Shown here one piece after another: positions 1 through 14,169 of a stretch of 64,000 nucleotides of DNA. Every line of letters begins with the position of its first letter. Position 1 is the first letter of the stretch. The DNA is from Pseudogymnoascus verrucosus. Its lineage: Eukaryota. Location: the NCBI GenBank assembly GCA_001662655.1, contig KV460251.1; one strand, written 5' to 3'. The notes under the pieces are model-generated. The model was not told the origin of the DNA. It saw nothing but the letters and a program-made list of their open reading frames with translations, and ran no database searches. The position numbers and the translations under genes were made by a program.

Positions 1-742
1 CTCGCGCGCATCCAGGACCCGCAGATGACGGGCTACGTGTCGACGCGGTACTATCGCGCGCCCGAGATCATGCTGACGTGGCAGAAGTACGATGTCGAGG
101 TGGATATCTGGAGCGCGGGGTGCATCTTTGCGGAGATGTTGGAGGGGAAGCCGCTGTTTCCGGGGAAGGATCATGTTAATCAGTTTTCGATTATTACGGA
201 GCTGTTGGGGACGCCGCCGGACGACGTTATTCATACTATTGCGAGCGAGAATGTGAGTGTGGATGGATCCAGAACTGGCCCTCTGTTCGCATTGCTAACT
301 TCTTCTTCTTCTTCTTCTAGACCCTGCGATTTGTTCAATCCCTCCCTAAGCGCGAAAGAAAGCCATTAACAGACAAATTCACGAACGCCGGTCCTGAAGG
401 TACGTCTCCTCTCCTCCCCTCCCCCACCCTTCTCTATCCACCATACGCGCACATATCTAACACCCCCCTCCAGCCGTCGACCTCCTCGAACAAATGCTCG
501 TCTTCGACCCCCGCAAGCGCGTCAAGGCCACCGACGCCCTAGCCCACGAGTACCTCTCCCCCTACCACGACCCCACCGACGAGCCCGCCGCGGACGAGAA
601 ATTCGATTGGTCGTTTAACGATGCGGATCTGCCGGTTGATACTTGGAAGATCATGATGTACTCGGAGATCCTCGATTATCATAACGTGGATGATGCGGGG
701 GGGGAGGGGGAGGTGAAGATGGATGAGCAGGTGCCGGTTTAG
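1..742 (+). CDS. HOG1: Stress-activated MAP kinase HOG1/SakA/OS-2, 3' part (5' end outside window)
   Basis: [25 protein letters not shown] with the TGY activation motif; C-terminal [34 protein letters not shown] introns 253-320 and 400-473 join the ORF pieces in frame. Confidence 0.97.
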
Positions 743-1788
743 GAGCGCTCTATGAACCATGGTGGAGGAGGGGGTTGGTCGCGGTGGCGGAGTAAAGCGA
801 GTTCAGAGCATGGGGGGGAAGAAGTGGGAGGCGTGGAGGGGGTGGTGATAATCTTTTAGATATTAAAGATCTAAAAGATATATCTACGAAGCGAAGCGGC
901 GAATGGGCGCTCAGCGGGGTGTGCCGAAGCTGTAGATGTGTGCAGGTGCGGGGGAGCAGTTGGATGTGAGCGGGAGAAAGGGAGTGGGCATAGTACGCGT
1001 TTTTTACTTTTGTATAAGGACGGATTTACGTTTTGGTCCTATAGGCGCACACAGTACACATTCATACGTTTATTTTTATTTATTTTTATAAAGGGATATA
1101 TATAGCAAAGAAGGGACATATCACATCATCATTACCATCATCACCATCACTACCAATATTTTTTTGAGGTGTAAATACAGAAAGGATAGGGATGGGTGTT
1201 TATTTGTACAGCTTGTAGGGAGGGGGGGATGAATCGTACGATACCCCTCCCCAAACACACCCCACATACATCCCCAGCCCCCTTGGTCAAGACACCATCA
1301 CAGCGTATAAAATCCCTAAACTCAACCACAGAAAATAAGTTATTGATTCCCCATTTTTCTATATCTGGAGGTTGGATGCGCACCATCCCACCCCCCTCCC
1401 CTCCCTTGTAGTTAAAAAACCCTGTCCCCCCCCTTCCCCTCCCGCGGTATCATCCGATCTAATTACGCGCAGCAAGCAGCAGCACAACCTAGGCGCATAC
1501 ACCCTCTCTTCTCGTGCCCCAGCCCCAGATGTCAATATTCCTCCCTCTCTCCTCTCCGCAGTCTGGTGCTGGCTGTCCCCAGCCCCGAATACAGTCTCTA
1601 CGCCCCTGCCCCCGTCCCGGGATGGACGCCGTGCTGTCAATGTCATAAGTCGTGTTGTTTGTGTGTAGATAGATAAGTAGAGTAGATCCGGACCACGCCC
1701 CGACGGCGCGGAGGTGATAGATACGGTTGAGTGGATTCGGGTAGTAGGAAAGGGAGGGGGGTTTGTGAAGCTTGTCGGGAGGGGGAGA

Positions 1789-4391
1789 TTAAGCAAGGTA
1801 TCCCAACTCGTCGTCGTCGAGGCGCTCGAGGTACTCCTTCTCGAGGAGGATCTCGATGCACTTCTTGATATCGGGGATGTTGGGGACGAAGCGCGATTTG
1901 ATTTGGTCGATGGTGTCGCTGACGAGGAGTCGGTGCTTCATCTTCTTGCGGGACTTCATGATGCGGACGATTGCGGACTAAAAGGGGGGTGGGTTGTTAG
2001 CTTTCATTAAATTTCGGCAGGGGGTGAATGGATGAGGGGAATCAGTGGGAGTACGAACCTGCATGAGCAACTTCCTGTCCTCCTCAATAGTCTTGTGCGT
2101 ATCCTCCGCCTCCTGTTTCTGCTCCGACTTGACCTGGATGTTGAGGTTGACACGGATCTTCTTATTCTTGAAGTCGTAGTTTAAGGAGAATTTGGTGTCG
2201 GGGGTGTAGCTCGGTCCCGCGGGGGACTGGAGGAGGACCTTGGCGCGGACAAAGATGGCCATTTGCGGGTCGAGGACCTCTTGGCTCAGTTGCGTCGCCT
2301 TCATGATCTCGTCGTACGTGTTGACGTCGCGCTCGTTGAAGAGGAGGAGAATGGCCATCTGGTATGTTGATACCTGGAACGTATACGGGATCTTGCTCGT
2401 CTTGGTGTAGTTTGCCTTGACCTCGCCCTTGCCAAGCTGCCACAACCAAGTCAACTTGCGGCCACTGTGCTTCTGGTTGTAGAACTTCTGGAAGCGCTCG
2501 TATGCCTTTACAATCTCCGGCGGCGGCGAGAATGATGTGGTGGGTGCGCTCAGCGGCCAGAATCCCGTGCCTAGAATGGAGTAGGTGGCATCAATGACAC
2601 CCGTCGCATCGTCGCTCTCAACCAGCTTGGCCTCGAACGCCTTGTACCCGCTATTTAAATCCTTCGAGATCTGCATGTCCTGGAACATGCGCTGGAGCTT
2701 ATTCGTGTATTCGAACCCGCAAGCTTCTTTCAGCTTGCTGATCATGCTCGTCTCGGCATCGTCCGATGATGAGGTGGTTTGGACTAACCGCCTTGCAAGC
2801 ATGCGAGAGTAAAACTTTTGGAATACATCCTTGTCCTCGATGTACTTGAAAACCGTCATGATCTGTGTCAGGGTCTCCTCAAGATCGCTCTCTTCAGCGC
2901 TGCTGGAGCTCTTCCTTAATAATGCGTCGGTATATTTTGCTAGGAGCTCCGGGGACTTGTTTGTGCCGGACTTGCACACAGAGTTTCGGTTCACAAACTC
3001 TCTGCACGCATTGTCCAGTGAGCGTGTGAACTCGGGCTCATCCTTGAAGGCTTTCTTGACAAGCGCCTGATACTGTGTGTGGATTTCCAGTAAGGCGTCC
3101 ACGTAAATCTTCGGCTCCATTTTGTCCGCATCTGCTGCAACCTTTGCTATGGCTGCAAGACCTGCTTTCCGCACATGTGCCTCGAACCTTATCCTTAACG
3201 GATCAAGACCATCGGGTATCCTTGCGAGAAGGTTATACATGCGTTGCATATCTTCCACGCGATCATCGTCCAGAAGCGACTGGAACTCGTCTCGAAGGAC
3301 TGCGGAGTGGTCGCCAATCAGGGCAGTATTGCAAACCTTCCGTAATGCCGCGATGATGTCGGGATGCAGATACATATTCACCCGCTCCTCCTCTTCATCC
3401 AGTCGGATCTCGGCCTTCTTCATGTACTCGACAATGCTGTTTTCAGCCACAAACTGTTTCGACTCCTTCTGGTAGAATTCCATGGTTGCCTCCAGGAATG
3501 GTTTCTCAAATCTGAACCTGTAGACATCCAGAGTTCCCTTGGTAGAGTCTGCCTCGTCCAGACCCAACGAGACGAAAGAGTCGACTATGCTCTTGATCTG
3601 ACTGTGCTCAATGGTTTCTCCATTGCGTTGTTTCTCTACCATCTTCAGCACTGCTGCCATTACCTTCTTGTGGACTGCCTCAAACAAATATGCGCGCCAT
3701 TGTACCAAGTGCAACGTATAAACGTCATAAACGTCCTTCTTCCCCTCGTCCATTTCGCGCTTCACCCAATGCCGGTTGAGATACCGGAAGAGATGGTTGA
3801 TGTACTTTGCTGCCGTCGTGTACCGGTCCCATTCCCGAATGTAAAACGTAAGAAGGGCTTCGTCAACGTGCTTTTGTGACTCGGCAATGAGGCTTTCCAG
3901 ATAATGGACGAGATATGTCTTGAGATTCTTGTATAGTTCCTCGCCGAGAAGGTGGGCTGACATCCGTTAGCTGAAGAAAAACACTCGCCGTCGAAATGCT
4001 TACCGCCACGATGCGCACCACCAATAACGCCGGTGGTTGTGGAACTGATAGCTTTTTGAGATGTACAGAAGTTATGGACGGCCCTGCTATAGTCAGTATG
4101 TGCCCACTTCGTACGGATCTCCTGTTCTCACGTATAAACGCCCATGTACTGCCCAAAGAGTTAGTGCGTTCCGGGCCAGACCTGGATGCTCACTTACAGT
4201 ATTCATGTCGATACCGCTTTGCAGGTCAATCATTATCTTGGATATGCCAGCCTCGAGATATGCCCATCTTTGGAGGAAATCCGCGTCAGTAATGCTGCGC
4301 CCACAGTGTCTACCAAATTTACTCACGTTGCATGCAAATCCTCTCTATTCGGCATAGGCGGCATCAGCAAACTTCGTGTTGCGACCGACAT
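1789..4391 (-). CDS. CUL1: Cullin-1 (SCF scaffold, Cdc53/CulA)
   Basis: Cullin motifs YLNRHWVKRE, KSPELLAKYTD, EDKDVFQKFY, SAIVRIMKSRK and C-terminal LLEKEYLER. Exons 4391-4327, 4267-4198, 4148-4132, 4083-4004, 3956-2059, 1977-1789 splice in frame. Confidence 0.96.
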
Positions 4392-5158
4392 ATTGCCGGA
4401 TATCGAATGAACGTGGCAGCGTGCCTTTTGGAAATGTGAGGTTGGCGACAAGATATGGTGGCCCGCTCCCCTCTATTATATCTGTCTTCCAGTCGTACGT
4501 TCGGGAGCGATCTGTTGGGCTACAGGCTGGTTCAAACCAGAGACCTTGCAGGAGAGGCTTCTCGATTCTTCTTGGTGAAATGTAGACTCGGGCTGTATTG
4601 CTCGTGGTCGTCGAGGGGTGTAATGAATGCCCCGATGACCTATAATGAACGAGCTTGTCAATGACGTTTCATGGTAAAAAGCGCACTTGGGCGTTCTTTG
4701 CGATAGTGGCGGTAAAATAAAGCAAGTGAACTCAAGTAAACTTACAAATTCTGTAAAGACTTTGGATTCGAGGGTATAGACCGAGTTCTGTTGGAAATGA
4801 TATGTCACGATAGCCCCAGTCACTCAAGTACTCAAGTGCAAGGCGGCGGCGGCTGTCAGGCAGCCGCAAGGTTCCCGCCCCTCCGTTTAGGCGCGCGGGC
4901 TTGGCATCCAAGTGAGGACCACATACATCAGTCTTAACGTGAGAATCGCATTTTTATTGAAACAACCTCAGATTAAACATTGAATTTTTGATATTATTTC
5001 CATAATACTCAGTTAACCTTGATTTGTCTATTCCCCCATTCCATCCAGGTTGACGAAAACAGGAGCAGGCTCTTTTCGTCCTTTCCTCTATCATTGGCTG
5101 TTGTCCACCTAGGTCACGCCATAAGTTGATCAGGAAAGACACCACCATCACTCACGCC

Positions 5159-6340
5159 ATGGTGCAGGGCGATGCTGAAAGCGGCTCAGGCTCGGACCTT
5201 GATGTATTCCCCTGGCATCTGGGGGTCTTCGACGCCCACTGCCACCCTACCGATACGATGAGCTCCATCGACACAATTCCTCATATGAAGGCAAATGTTC
5301 TGACAGTAATGGCCACAAGAGCACAAGACCAAAAGCTTGTGGCCAAAATTTCTGAAGCATATGGTGTCGACTTGGAAAGTTTCAAGCAACATGGAAAGAT
5401 CACCGGACGTGTTATTCCGTGCTTTGGTTGGCACCCGTGGTTCTCTCATCAAATGTATGATGACGTTGGAAACGCTTATGAGCCTACGGACTTGATCCAA
5501 AGAAAAATCAAACACTATCAATCTGCTTTATTACCAGCCCCTGAAGATTTGGATTATATTGCGTCTCTTCCGGAACCTTTTTTGCTGTCCAAGTTCCTCA
5601 AGGAGACGAGAGCATACCTGGAAATGTATCCCCTAGCACTTGTTGGAGAGATAGGTTTAGATAAGTCATTTAGGATCCCAGAGGAGTGGGAATCCGAGCT
5701 CGAGAAGTCTAGAGATATGGAAATCACTCCTGGGGGAAGGGAAGGCCGCCGCCTTACTCAATATCGAGTGAACATGGGGCATCAGAAGCAGATCTTACTT
5801 GCGCAGCTCGGATTAGCAGGCGAGCTCCAGAGGGCAGTATCTGTTCACGGAGTTGGGGCACATGGTTTTCTTTATGACGCTCTGGAAGAAACATGGAAAG
5901 GTTATGAAAACAAGGTTGTCAGCAAACGGAAGAAAAAGCTCACAAAGGGTCTTGAGTTCTTACCAGACGAAGAGGAGGATGAGATCCAATCGGACGCTCA
6001 AACCTCTAAGCCATTTCCTCCACGAATATGCCTGCATTCATATTCTGGCAGCCCACAGCTTCTGAAGCAGTACTTTCATCCTTCCGTGCCTATTGCGGTT
6101 TACTTTTCATTCTCATCGGCCATAAATATGTCATCGGCGGGCTCAGAAAAGGCAATTGAGGTTATTAAGCAAGTCCCAGATGATCGAATACTTCTTGAAA
6201 GCGACCTGCATACTGCTGGCGAAGAAATGGATAGGAGACTTGAGGAGATGGCTCGGAAGATATGCAATATCAAGGGCTGGAGCTTGGAAGATGGCGTTAA
6301 GCGGCTTGGGGAAAATTGGCGTCGTTTTGTCTTTTCCTGA
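5159..6340 (+). CDS. scn1: TatD-family metallo-dependent hydrolase (Cut9-interacting Scn1-like)
   Basis: [37 protein letters not shown] and ILLESD motifs; first ATG at 5159; intronless. Confidence 0.85.
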   Translation: MVQGDAESGSGSDLDVFPWHLGVFDAHCHPTDTMSSIDTIPHMKANVLTVMATRAQDQKLVAKISEAYGVDLESFKQHGKITGRVIPCFGWHPWFSHQMYDDVGNAYEPTDLIQRKIKHYQSALLPAPEDLDYIASLPEPFLLSKFLKETRAYLEMYPLALVGEIGLDKSFRIPEEWESELEKSRDMEITPGGREGRRLTQYRVNMGHQKQILLAQLGLAGELQRAVSVHGVGAHGFLYDALEETWKGYENKVVSKRKKKLTKGLEFLPDEEEDEIQSDAQTSKPFPPRICLHSYSGSPQLLKQYFHPSVPIAVYFSFSSAINMSSAGSEKAIEVIKQVPDDRILLESDLHTAGEEMDRRLEEMARKICNIKGWSLEDGVKRLGENWRRFVFS

Positions 6341-7508
6341 GATATCACAATGCACTAAAACTGTTGATCTCTATACATTGAAATACAGATGATATTCAAC
6401 CCTTTTCGTGCTGGAACTTGCCTCCACAGCCGTTCAGAGTAGGTGTTTTGTTTTGGCCCTTCTTTCGTCTTGAAGTATTTTTCTCCTCATCTTCAAGTAT
6501 TGCTGCCAGCATGACAAGGAGTGCTCCCACATAGAAGCCCGACAGGACGGTGCTACCACGAAGGTATTGTTCCCTTGGTAAGTTGCAGCTTTCTCATGTC
6601 CGATGCATAACCATCATACTTTTCAACACATACTTTGCCATTTACCCTGGAGGCTATTATCGGCTCAAATGAGTAAACTTCTATGTCATGATGCTGATTT
6701 CTGTGGGACCTACCCGGCAAACTGAGAGACCGAGAGGCTTTCTTATTCTTGCATAAATTCCTGTCACCGTTGCCAATTCCTCCTTCTTTCCTACACAACG
6801 CAACAACAGCAATATCAACAACAACAACGGCAACACAACAGCAACAATACTTCGACACCCAACACAACACCACTTGACAGTAAGAAATACAGCTACACTC
6901 AACTGCAAGGAACCTTCGAACTGCCGCGTTCACTGCAACCTACCATCTGAGTAAGTACAGGCTTCACTCATAGTGTTGGCTACGTTTTGTTTACTTCAAT
7001 GTCATTTACGTTGTGCACCATTTCATGCCCATCGCTTTGCCAAATCTCTCCCGATGGCACAAGAGTTTCAAGCTGTGTGCTCAAATACCACTGTTATCAG
7101 CTTTGACCACCTTCCGAGTATCGTGCCAGTGGAGTTCAGTTTTAGGGTGTCCCAGAAGTGAAATCAACTTGCTTTGGGCTTCAACGCCTTCCAGAATGGT
7201 ATCAAGCTGCTTTTGGGCTTTGAACTTCGAGATCTTTGACTACCTACACCCTCTTTGTACAAACTCACCTCATATTCAATTTCCTTTGGCATATTGATTT
7301 TCATGCTACTTTATGTCCATTCTGTCTCTTCTTGTGTATCTTCCGAGTTGGATAAAGCACCCATGGTCCGCATGACCCCTTTCGTCAACTAGAGCATGGC
7401 TCTGATGATCTGGCCCGTTTATTGAGCAACTTCGATTTTCACATTCGTCTTGTTCACATGGCTTTGTGACTAACTGCGAGCCAGACACTGACAGGTGATT
7501 CAGCCACA

Positions 7509-9213
7509 ATGTCTATCAACAAAGGGTGTCATTTTGTCGCCGGCGACAACAACCTGAGTAATGTTTTTGGCGGTAAGAAACTAATTCCTGTCTTCTATAT
7601 ACCTCTGACATGACGTTAATGGCATTTTAGATCAACTCCACGTGGGCTACCAAGGAGCCATGGATCATGTCTCTCTCGCGAATCAATATGGCAACCAGAC
7701 CGACCCATCAGGTGCAATGAACAGCATTTCTCTCCCAGAAAATGCATATGAGGGGCAAGCCTCCGAGGCCCGCCACGTTTCTGTTGGCCAAGGTGGTGGA
7801 CTTGGGTCCAATCCCTATGTGCGCCACCAAATTGGTGAGGGGCCACTTCAAAGCTATACGTCAACGCCAACTCCAATGGTTGACAACAACTCCCTCCAGC
7901 ATTCTTATCCCACCGCATATTCTCAAAATCAAACCTTTCAACCAAGACAAAATGTTGGTATGAACCAAAATCTTCGCTCGCTTCCTTCGCCATCTGATAT
8001 GGGGATGGGATCTCGCACTGGGAGAGGTGCTTTGCCGCCAAGACTCTCTGAATCAAGCATGGGATTTGGTCTCAATCACTTCAATAGTGGTAATGGAGAC
8101 ATGGCCTCTTACAATTCTCAAGTCCCTACTCCCATGCACGCATTTGGCAACGGCTATTCCGGAACAACCAATACGGCTCAGGCGCGCAATGTGAGAAGCA
8201 CGTTTCGCAGAAGCCCCTTGGATATGGCAGAACCCCGATATGATATCCAGAACGGTTTTGCACCGGTGCAGCATCCCGATATGCAACCTAACAATTCCGC
8301 GAATATGATTCCGAACATGGGCCACCCTGGCAGTGTTTTTCAGCCCCATCCTGAAGCTGAAGGTTGGACCAGAGATCAGATCAGCAAACACGGAGATTCT
8401 CTTTCTTCTAAGCGTACACGAAGGCAATCCACGGTGCTGGCGGATCATGAAGCTGATACGCCGGATGGCAGCGATATGAGTGAAGACTCCGATGGTACAG
8501 TCTGCTCACCGGCTGATCAAGAGTTGTCGACTCTTCAAGGTTCAACTACCGGCCAAGAGTCGTCGACTGTTCAAGGCTCAGCAACTGGTCAAGAGTCATT
8601 GACTGTTCAAGGACCAATGACCTCTCAAATCAACGAACGTTTGGCTGGTGATGACCGCACATCGCGTTCAGGGACGCGCGGACCTGGCGAAGAACCGATG
8701 TCAAGCAGGCAATTTAGAGGTCATTTTGATCGCGCTGCACACCGAGTTGGAAGTTCTCAGCAGATGGTCGGGAAACTCCCCGGAAGGAGATCAAAGGGCG
8801 CCAACGATCCGGAAAACATCGCGATTGTCAATTGGTATGATAACTACAACATGTCATTCGTGGAAATTGCACAGCGGTTAAACAGCAGGCAAGAGGCAAC
8901 CGGCAAGCCAGGAACCTTCACACCAAACTCCATACATAACAGATACAACCGCTGTGCGCCGATCATCTATCGGGCCAATGGAAGAGTGTTTGTTGCCATC
9001 AAAGATCGGAGGAAGCACGCGCCGGAGGAGCTGGACGCCATGAGTTATGGCGCTTACTCCATTGAGTGGACGCCGAACAAGGACCAGCTCCTCAGGCGCA
9101 CGGTGCAGGAAGACGAGGCCAACAAGTGGCGCAGGGTCGCTGAGGCATTCACGACATCGACGGGGGAGAGGGTTGGCGAAGGCGCGGTATCGACTAGGTT
9201 TCTCTTGATATGA
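7509..9213 (+). CDS. Hypothetical protein with a low-complexity N-terminus and C-terminal Myb/SANT-like helices
   Basis: ATG at 7509; intron 7573-7630 joins in frame to the 523-aa ORF. C-terminal MSFVEIAQRLN...SIHNRYNR and WTPNKDQLL...KWRRVAEAF resemble HTH/Myb repeats. Confidence 0.65.
8518..8625 (+). repeat. Coding tandem repeat, 36 nt x3 (QExxTxQGxxTx)
   Basis: Three units starting CAAGAGT at 8518, 8554 and 8590. Confidence 0.85.
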
Positions 9214-9870
9214 TGTGCCCTCGATGTCGGATTTGGGTCATCAGCCACTTTGTATTATTGGCTCTTCACTCTTTGCTCTTTGCTCGCTGATTTCTACGTT
9301 TGCTTGCTATATTCTCTCTTGTTACTCTCTACCTTTTTGCGACGGAGTTTTTTAGACCTATGGATATCTCTGTTTGCTTGTCGTTGCCTCTGCCGTTTGG
9401 TTACTTCATAGATAGTGCAGCAGCCGGGAATGATAGAGCTGGCGCCGCCGAGCAGAGCATGTACATGTAAATATTACCCAGAATTCGTTCTGAAGAAGAC
9501 AATGATATAAATTGCTATGAAAACACCTTGACTGTGATATATTACCATCTGCATAAAAGTAGTTGCTGTAACAGATGACCTGGAGTCTCAAATTGTGGTC
9601 AATGAGAGTCAATAACCAAAGGAACAAACCCACTTTACAAATTCTAATGTGCATGTACTATCTATTAAATATATCGAAGGCGTCGAAGTAATGCCACACC
9701 ACATGGATAACGGACTGTATTGAAGTTGAGAGACTCTGTGGAGGGCGGCAAGTCGTTGAAGGTGCACGGACCCTTTCCTGAGATAAAGCCTTGGGATTCC
9801 TTATCGTAGTGGAAATAAACATGGCTGCTTGACCACAAGACAAAGCAAAGGAGCAGCCAAAAGTAATGCC

Positions 9871-11904
9871 ATGCTGCGAGCTTCGAGGGGTCTCGTCACA
9901 GGGACACTGTCGAAGCTTCAATATCGGGTCTCATTTTTTAAAAGATGCCTAGCGACGGCAGCGTCACCGCCTGAAGATGCACTCGAGCCAGTGATCAACC
10001 CCCCATCGGGAATCCGTTTGCGCCAGTATCAAGAGGAATGCATACAATCCGTCCTCTCATACCTTGACAGAGGCCATAAGAGACTGGGCATCTCACTGGC
10101 CACTGGTAGTGGAAAGACGGTAAGTACGGTATGATCAAGACATTGAAGGGATACTGACTTCTGATCCAAGGTCATCTTTACCCAACTTATCGATCGCGTT
10201 AAGCCTCTACCATGTGGCGCGGACCAAACTCTCATCCTGGCCCATCGCCAGGAACTCGTCGAACAAGCCGCGAAGCACTGTATCAATGCATACCCGACAA
10301 AGAGCGTCGATGTTGAAATGGGCAACATCCATGCGAGTGGCGCGGCAGACATCACCATCGCAAGCGTGCAGAGCATTATATCCAAGGACCGCATTCAAAA
10401 ATTCAACCCAAGCCGCTTTAAGCTGATATTGGTGGATGAGGCCCACCATATCGTAGCCCCAGGATATTTGAAGACCCTCGCTTACTTTGGACTCTCGAAG
10501 GCGAAGGCAGACGGCCCAGCTTTGGTGGGTGTCTCTGCGACTCTTTCTCGATTCGATGGGTTACGGCTAGGCGCCGCAATAGATCAAATTGTATATCATA
10601 AGGATTATATCGACATGATCGGCGAAAAATGGCTGTCAGACGTCATTTTTACTACAGTGGAGTCGACAGCAGACATCTCTAAAGTGAAGAAAGGGGCAAC
10701 GGGAGATTTCCAAACTGGGGAGCTATCTCGCGCTGTCAACACGGATCAGATCAACGAAATCACAGTCCGAACATGGTTAGCGAAGGCACAAGAGAGGAAG
10801 TCAACACTGGTATTCTGTGTGGACTTGGCCCACATCGCCGGCCTGACAAAGGCCTTTCGAGACCGAGGGGTCGACGCTCGATTCGTGACAGGGGATACTC
10901 CGAAAATTGCGAGAAGCGAGACGCTCGACGCATTTCGGGCCGGCGAGTTTCCAGTGCTGATCAACTGCGGTGTCTTTACAGAAGGAACAGACGTGCCAAA
11001 CATCGATTGTGTCCTTCTTGCACGCCCAACAAAATCTCGAAATCTTCTCGTCCAGATGATTGGTCGAGGGATGAGGCTCTTCCCAGGAAAGGAGAACTGC
11101 CATATAATTGATATGGTGGCTAGCCTTGAGACTGGTATCATATCGACTCCGACGCTATTTGGGCTGGACCCGTCAGAGCTTGTCGCCGAAGCCACAGTAG
11201 ACGACATGAAGGAGATCAAGGAGGCAAGAATGGGCCAGGCATCCATAGATCCCGAATTTCTGAGCCCCATGCCAGGCACGTCGCACCCTATAAAAGTCAC
11301 ATTTACAGATTATGATTCGGTTTTTGACCTCATCGAGGATTCCTCGGGTGAGCGACATATCCGTGCCATCAGCCGGTACTCCTGGGTGGAGGTTTCCGAT
11401 CGCAAGTATATCCTCACCACTCCGAGTGGCAAATACTTGAAGATAGAACTAAACACCGAGGAGAAAGACGAAGATCCTGCCTTCGTTGTCTCCGAGATCG
11501 TTCCCTACACTGGTCCCCTGAAGAAACAACCCTACAAGCCTCCGCGTGAGATAGCACGACATACAGGCTTCGAGGATGCAGTCCATGCAGCGGACACGTT
11601 CGCGTCTCTTAGATACCCGAAGCCGTTCATTGTTACTACACAAAGATGGAGAGATAAGCCAGCGACTGAGGGGCAGTTGATGTTCTTGAATAGGTTCCGC
11701 CTTCAAAGCGATCCTTTGACTCCGGATATGATAAATAAAGGGAAGGCGGGAGACATGATTACGAAAGTTAAGCATGGTGCGAGGGGCCGCTTTGCGAAGG
11801 TGGAAGCTACGAGGAGAAAACTCGGGAGACAGGCTTTGAAGTTGGAACAGGAGGAGGAGTTAAAGAGGAGAGAGAATGTAAGTGTAGGGCCGCTGTTGGA
11901 TTAA
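9871..11904 (+). CDS. IRC3: Mitochondrial DExH-box helicase IRC3-like
   Basis: Basic presequence, [31 protein letters not shown] and QMIGRGMR; intron 10120-10170. Confidence 0.9.
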
Positions 11905-12413
11905 GGCTTCATTGTACGTTTCCTGGGGGGTTTTGTATAATATGGTATGTGGCGTTCTGGATAGTTTGTACGATACTCCTGGATCATCAACATTGGGGCA
12001 ATGGGACAATGATGACCACCATGGTGACAGTATAGTCATTGTTGTAGTTATATACTGTTATAGTTGAGCACAATGGGTACGTATGGTTGCTCTAAAGAAG
12101 AGCAGCACAATGGAGTTGCTTGTCTTGCTAGAATTCATTAAAAAACGTACTCGCCCCTTTGTGCTGTAATAAGCGGACACTATACTATTACATCTCCACG
12201 TTGATATACTACAACTACTCTTACAACGTCCTCGAACCCAAGCTTGTTCAATATCCGCCTGGCAACATAGACCTAATCGCCCTCCACTCCTTCCTAACCA
12301 CCAGAACCCAATACCACGGAAGGAAGGACCTTGGTCAGAGCGGAGCCAGGAATTCGCCCATACTCTCGTCAACATACATCAGCCATTGAACCTGAAATGT
12401 TCTTTTCTGCAGG

Positions 12414-14025
12414 ATGTCTCAAGCACCATTCCCTTCTGCCAGCCTCCTCACAGACGGTCTCCTCGAGCAGCGGTTGAAAGCTAGGCAGATCCCTGAAGCT
12501 CCTACTGAGGAAGAGAGCCTATATGATGACGTGAAGCCCGAATTGGCCGTCAATATTCAGTCGAGCCTTCCGCATTCTCAGAAAGAAGCGATTGTCCTAA
12601 AAGAGACACCTCCCATTGGCGCCGCTGATACAAGTGATGATACCGGCGCTCTGCCACTGGATATTACTAGTGAAACAAAACTACCAGAACCACCAGAACC
12701 ACCAGAGTCGACTGACAGCGGTACACCAAAGCCCATCGATATCCCTCGTCCATCTCACAAAAGTGATGAGTGGGCAACGACCCATACAGGGGGACCAGAT
12801 AACGAGACACTGAACTGGCTAGAAAAAGAGATAGCAAAGCAAGACCTGGAGAAAGACACGATCGCATCCAAGAGAGCCTCCGCCCCGAAGCAGAAACATG
12901 GTACCTGGCCACTATTACCTAGCGAGAAAGAGAGGTCGCCCCGGAAGATTATTTATTCGGAGCCAGATCGTAATGTGATCGTTCACAGAGGATTCGGTGA
13001 TTTTGCAAGACCCCGATCCGCCGCCCTTGAGGAGACGCGCACAGCCTTCCCCCCTCTCTCAAACGAATCCTACCACCTGGATACGTATGGCCTCGATCCG
13101 AACGCCCCAAAATTGACGAGAATGATTTGGTTGGGTAAAAAAAAGTTCCTAGTCGCACTAACGGACCCGACGGGAGCAGATGGCGAGCCGCTCACATTAG
13201 ATGGGAACGTATCCAGTATGTTAGAATGACCCAACATGGGATAGAACGTAAACTCTTAGCTTGGTGGGATTTGGACTAATAAAAAAGGTAGGCCCTTCGA
13301 GTGTCTATTCAAACAGCCTGCTCACAGGGAGCTTTGCACCATCTGAAGCGGCTACAGAGAGTGTTTTCTTGAACGGCAATCTCGAATTGTGCACAAAGTG
13401 CCAGAAGAGACACATTAAACCGGGCACGCCAGAAACATTGGATGCTCGTGACACATGCCGGAGCATGCTACCGGATTGGTTTCCAAAGGAAAGATATGAG
13501 AAGCCATGGGATGCCTTCACCGACCTAATTAATAAATATGTCCGAGCCAGCCAAATGTTGGAGGACAAAGAAGCAAATCCAGAAACCAAGATTCCTTGGG
13601 ACAAGGAGTATCATGACCCATCGCCTGAGTGGAAGGAAGTTGGAAGGTTTGGTGGTTGGTGGAAGTGCAGGATAGAAGTAGAAAGCGGAGAAGACGCAGA
13701 AGGCGGAGAAGGCCCAGAAGGCCCAGAAGGCCCAGAAGGCCCAGAAGGCGGAGAAGGTAGAGAAGACCCAGAAGGCGGAGAAGGCGAAGAAGACGCAGAA
13801 GGCGGAGAAGGTGAAGCAGGCAAATCTGACGTCCCAGCCATTGAGAGAAACTGCCGGTTATGTCACAGACGGAAGGCGGAAAATGATAAGTTGGCAGCAA
13901 AGAAAGTCGAGAGTCTTGCAGAGAAGAAGCAGTCCATAGAGGATTGGATCAACAAGCATATGAAGAAAGAGATGTTGAAGGATAAAGCATATGTGAAAGC
14001 TCGGTTGGCGAAGGAAGGATTTTGA
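12414..14025 (+). CDS. Hypothetical protein (~511 aa) with Cys-rich motifs and an acidic Gly/Glu repeat
   Basis: Two ORFs are joined in frame by intron 13216-13291 (GTATGT...CTAAT...TAG). Contains CTKCQKRH and WWKCR...NCRLCH. Confidence 0.65.
13687..13821 (+). repeat. Coding 9-nt tandem repeat x15 (xEG/xED)
   Basis: Units such as CCAGAAGGC, GGAGAAGGC and GCAGAAGGC encode GEDAEGGEGPEGPEGPEG... Confidence 0.9.
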
Positions 14026-14169
14026 CAAGTACCATCTGCAAAGAGCCTGGCTATCAACGAAGCATGGAATGCTGGGTATTTGCTGAGAATCGGATAGTTC
14101 TGATCAAGTAGGGACGAGGTGACCACCGCTTCCACGCGTCAAGTGCGGTTGCAAATTGACAAGAGCCAT

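Noticed and set aside
6394..6933. Possible small minus-strand gene between Scn1 and the Myb-like gene
   Set aside because: The ORFs derive partly from a CAA-rich tract; no convincing start, splice model or motif.
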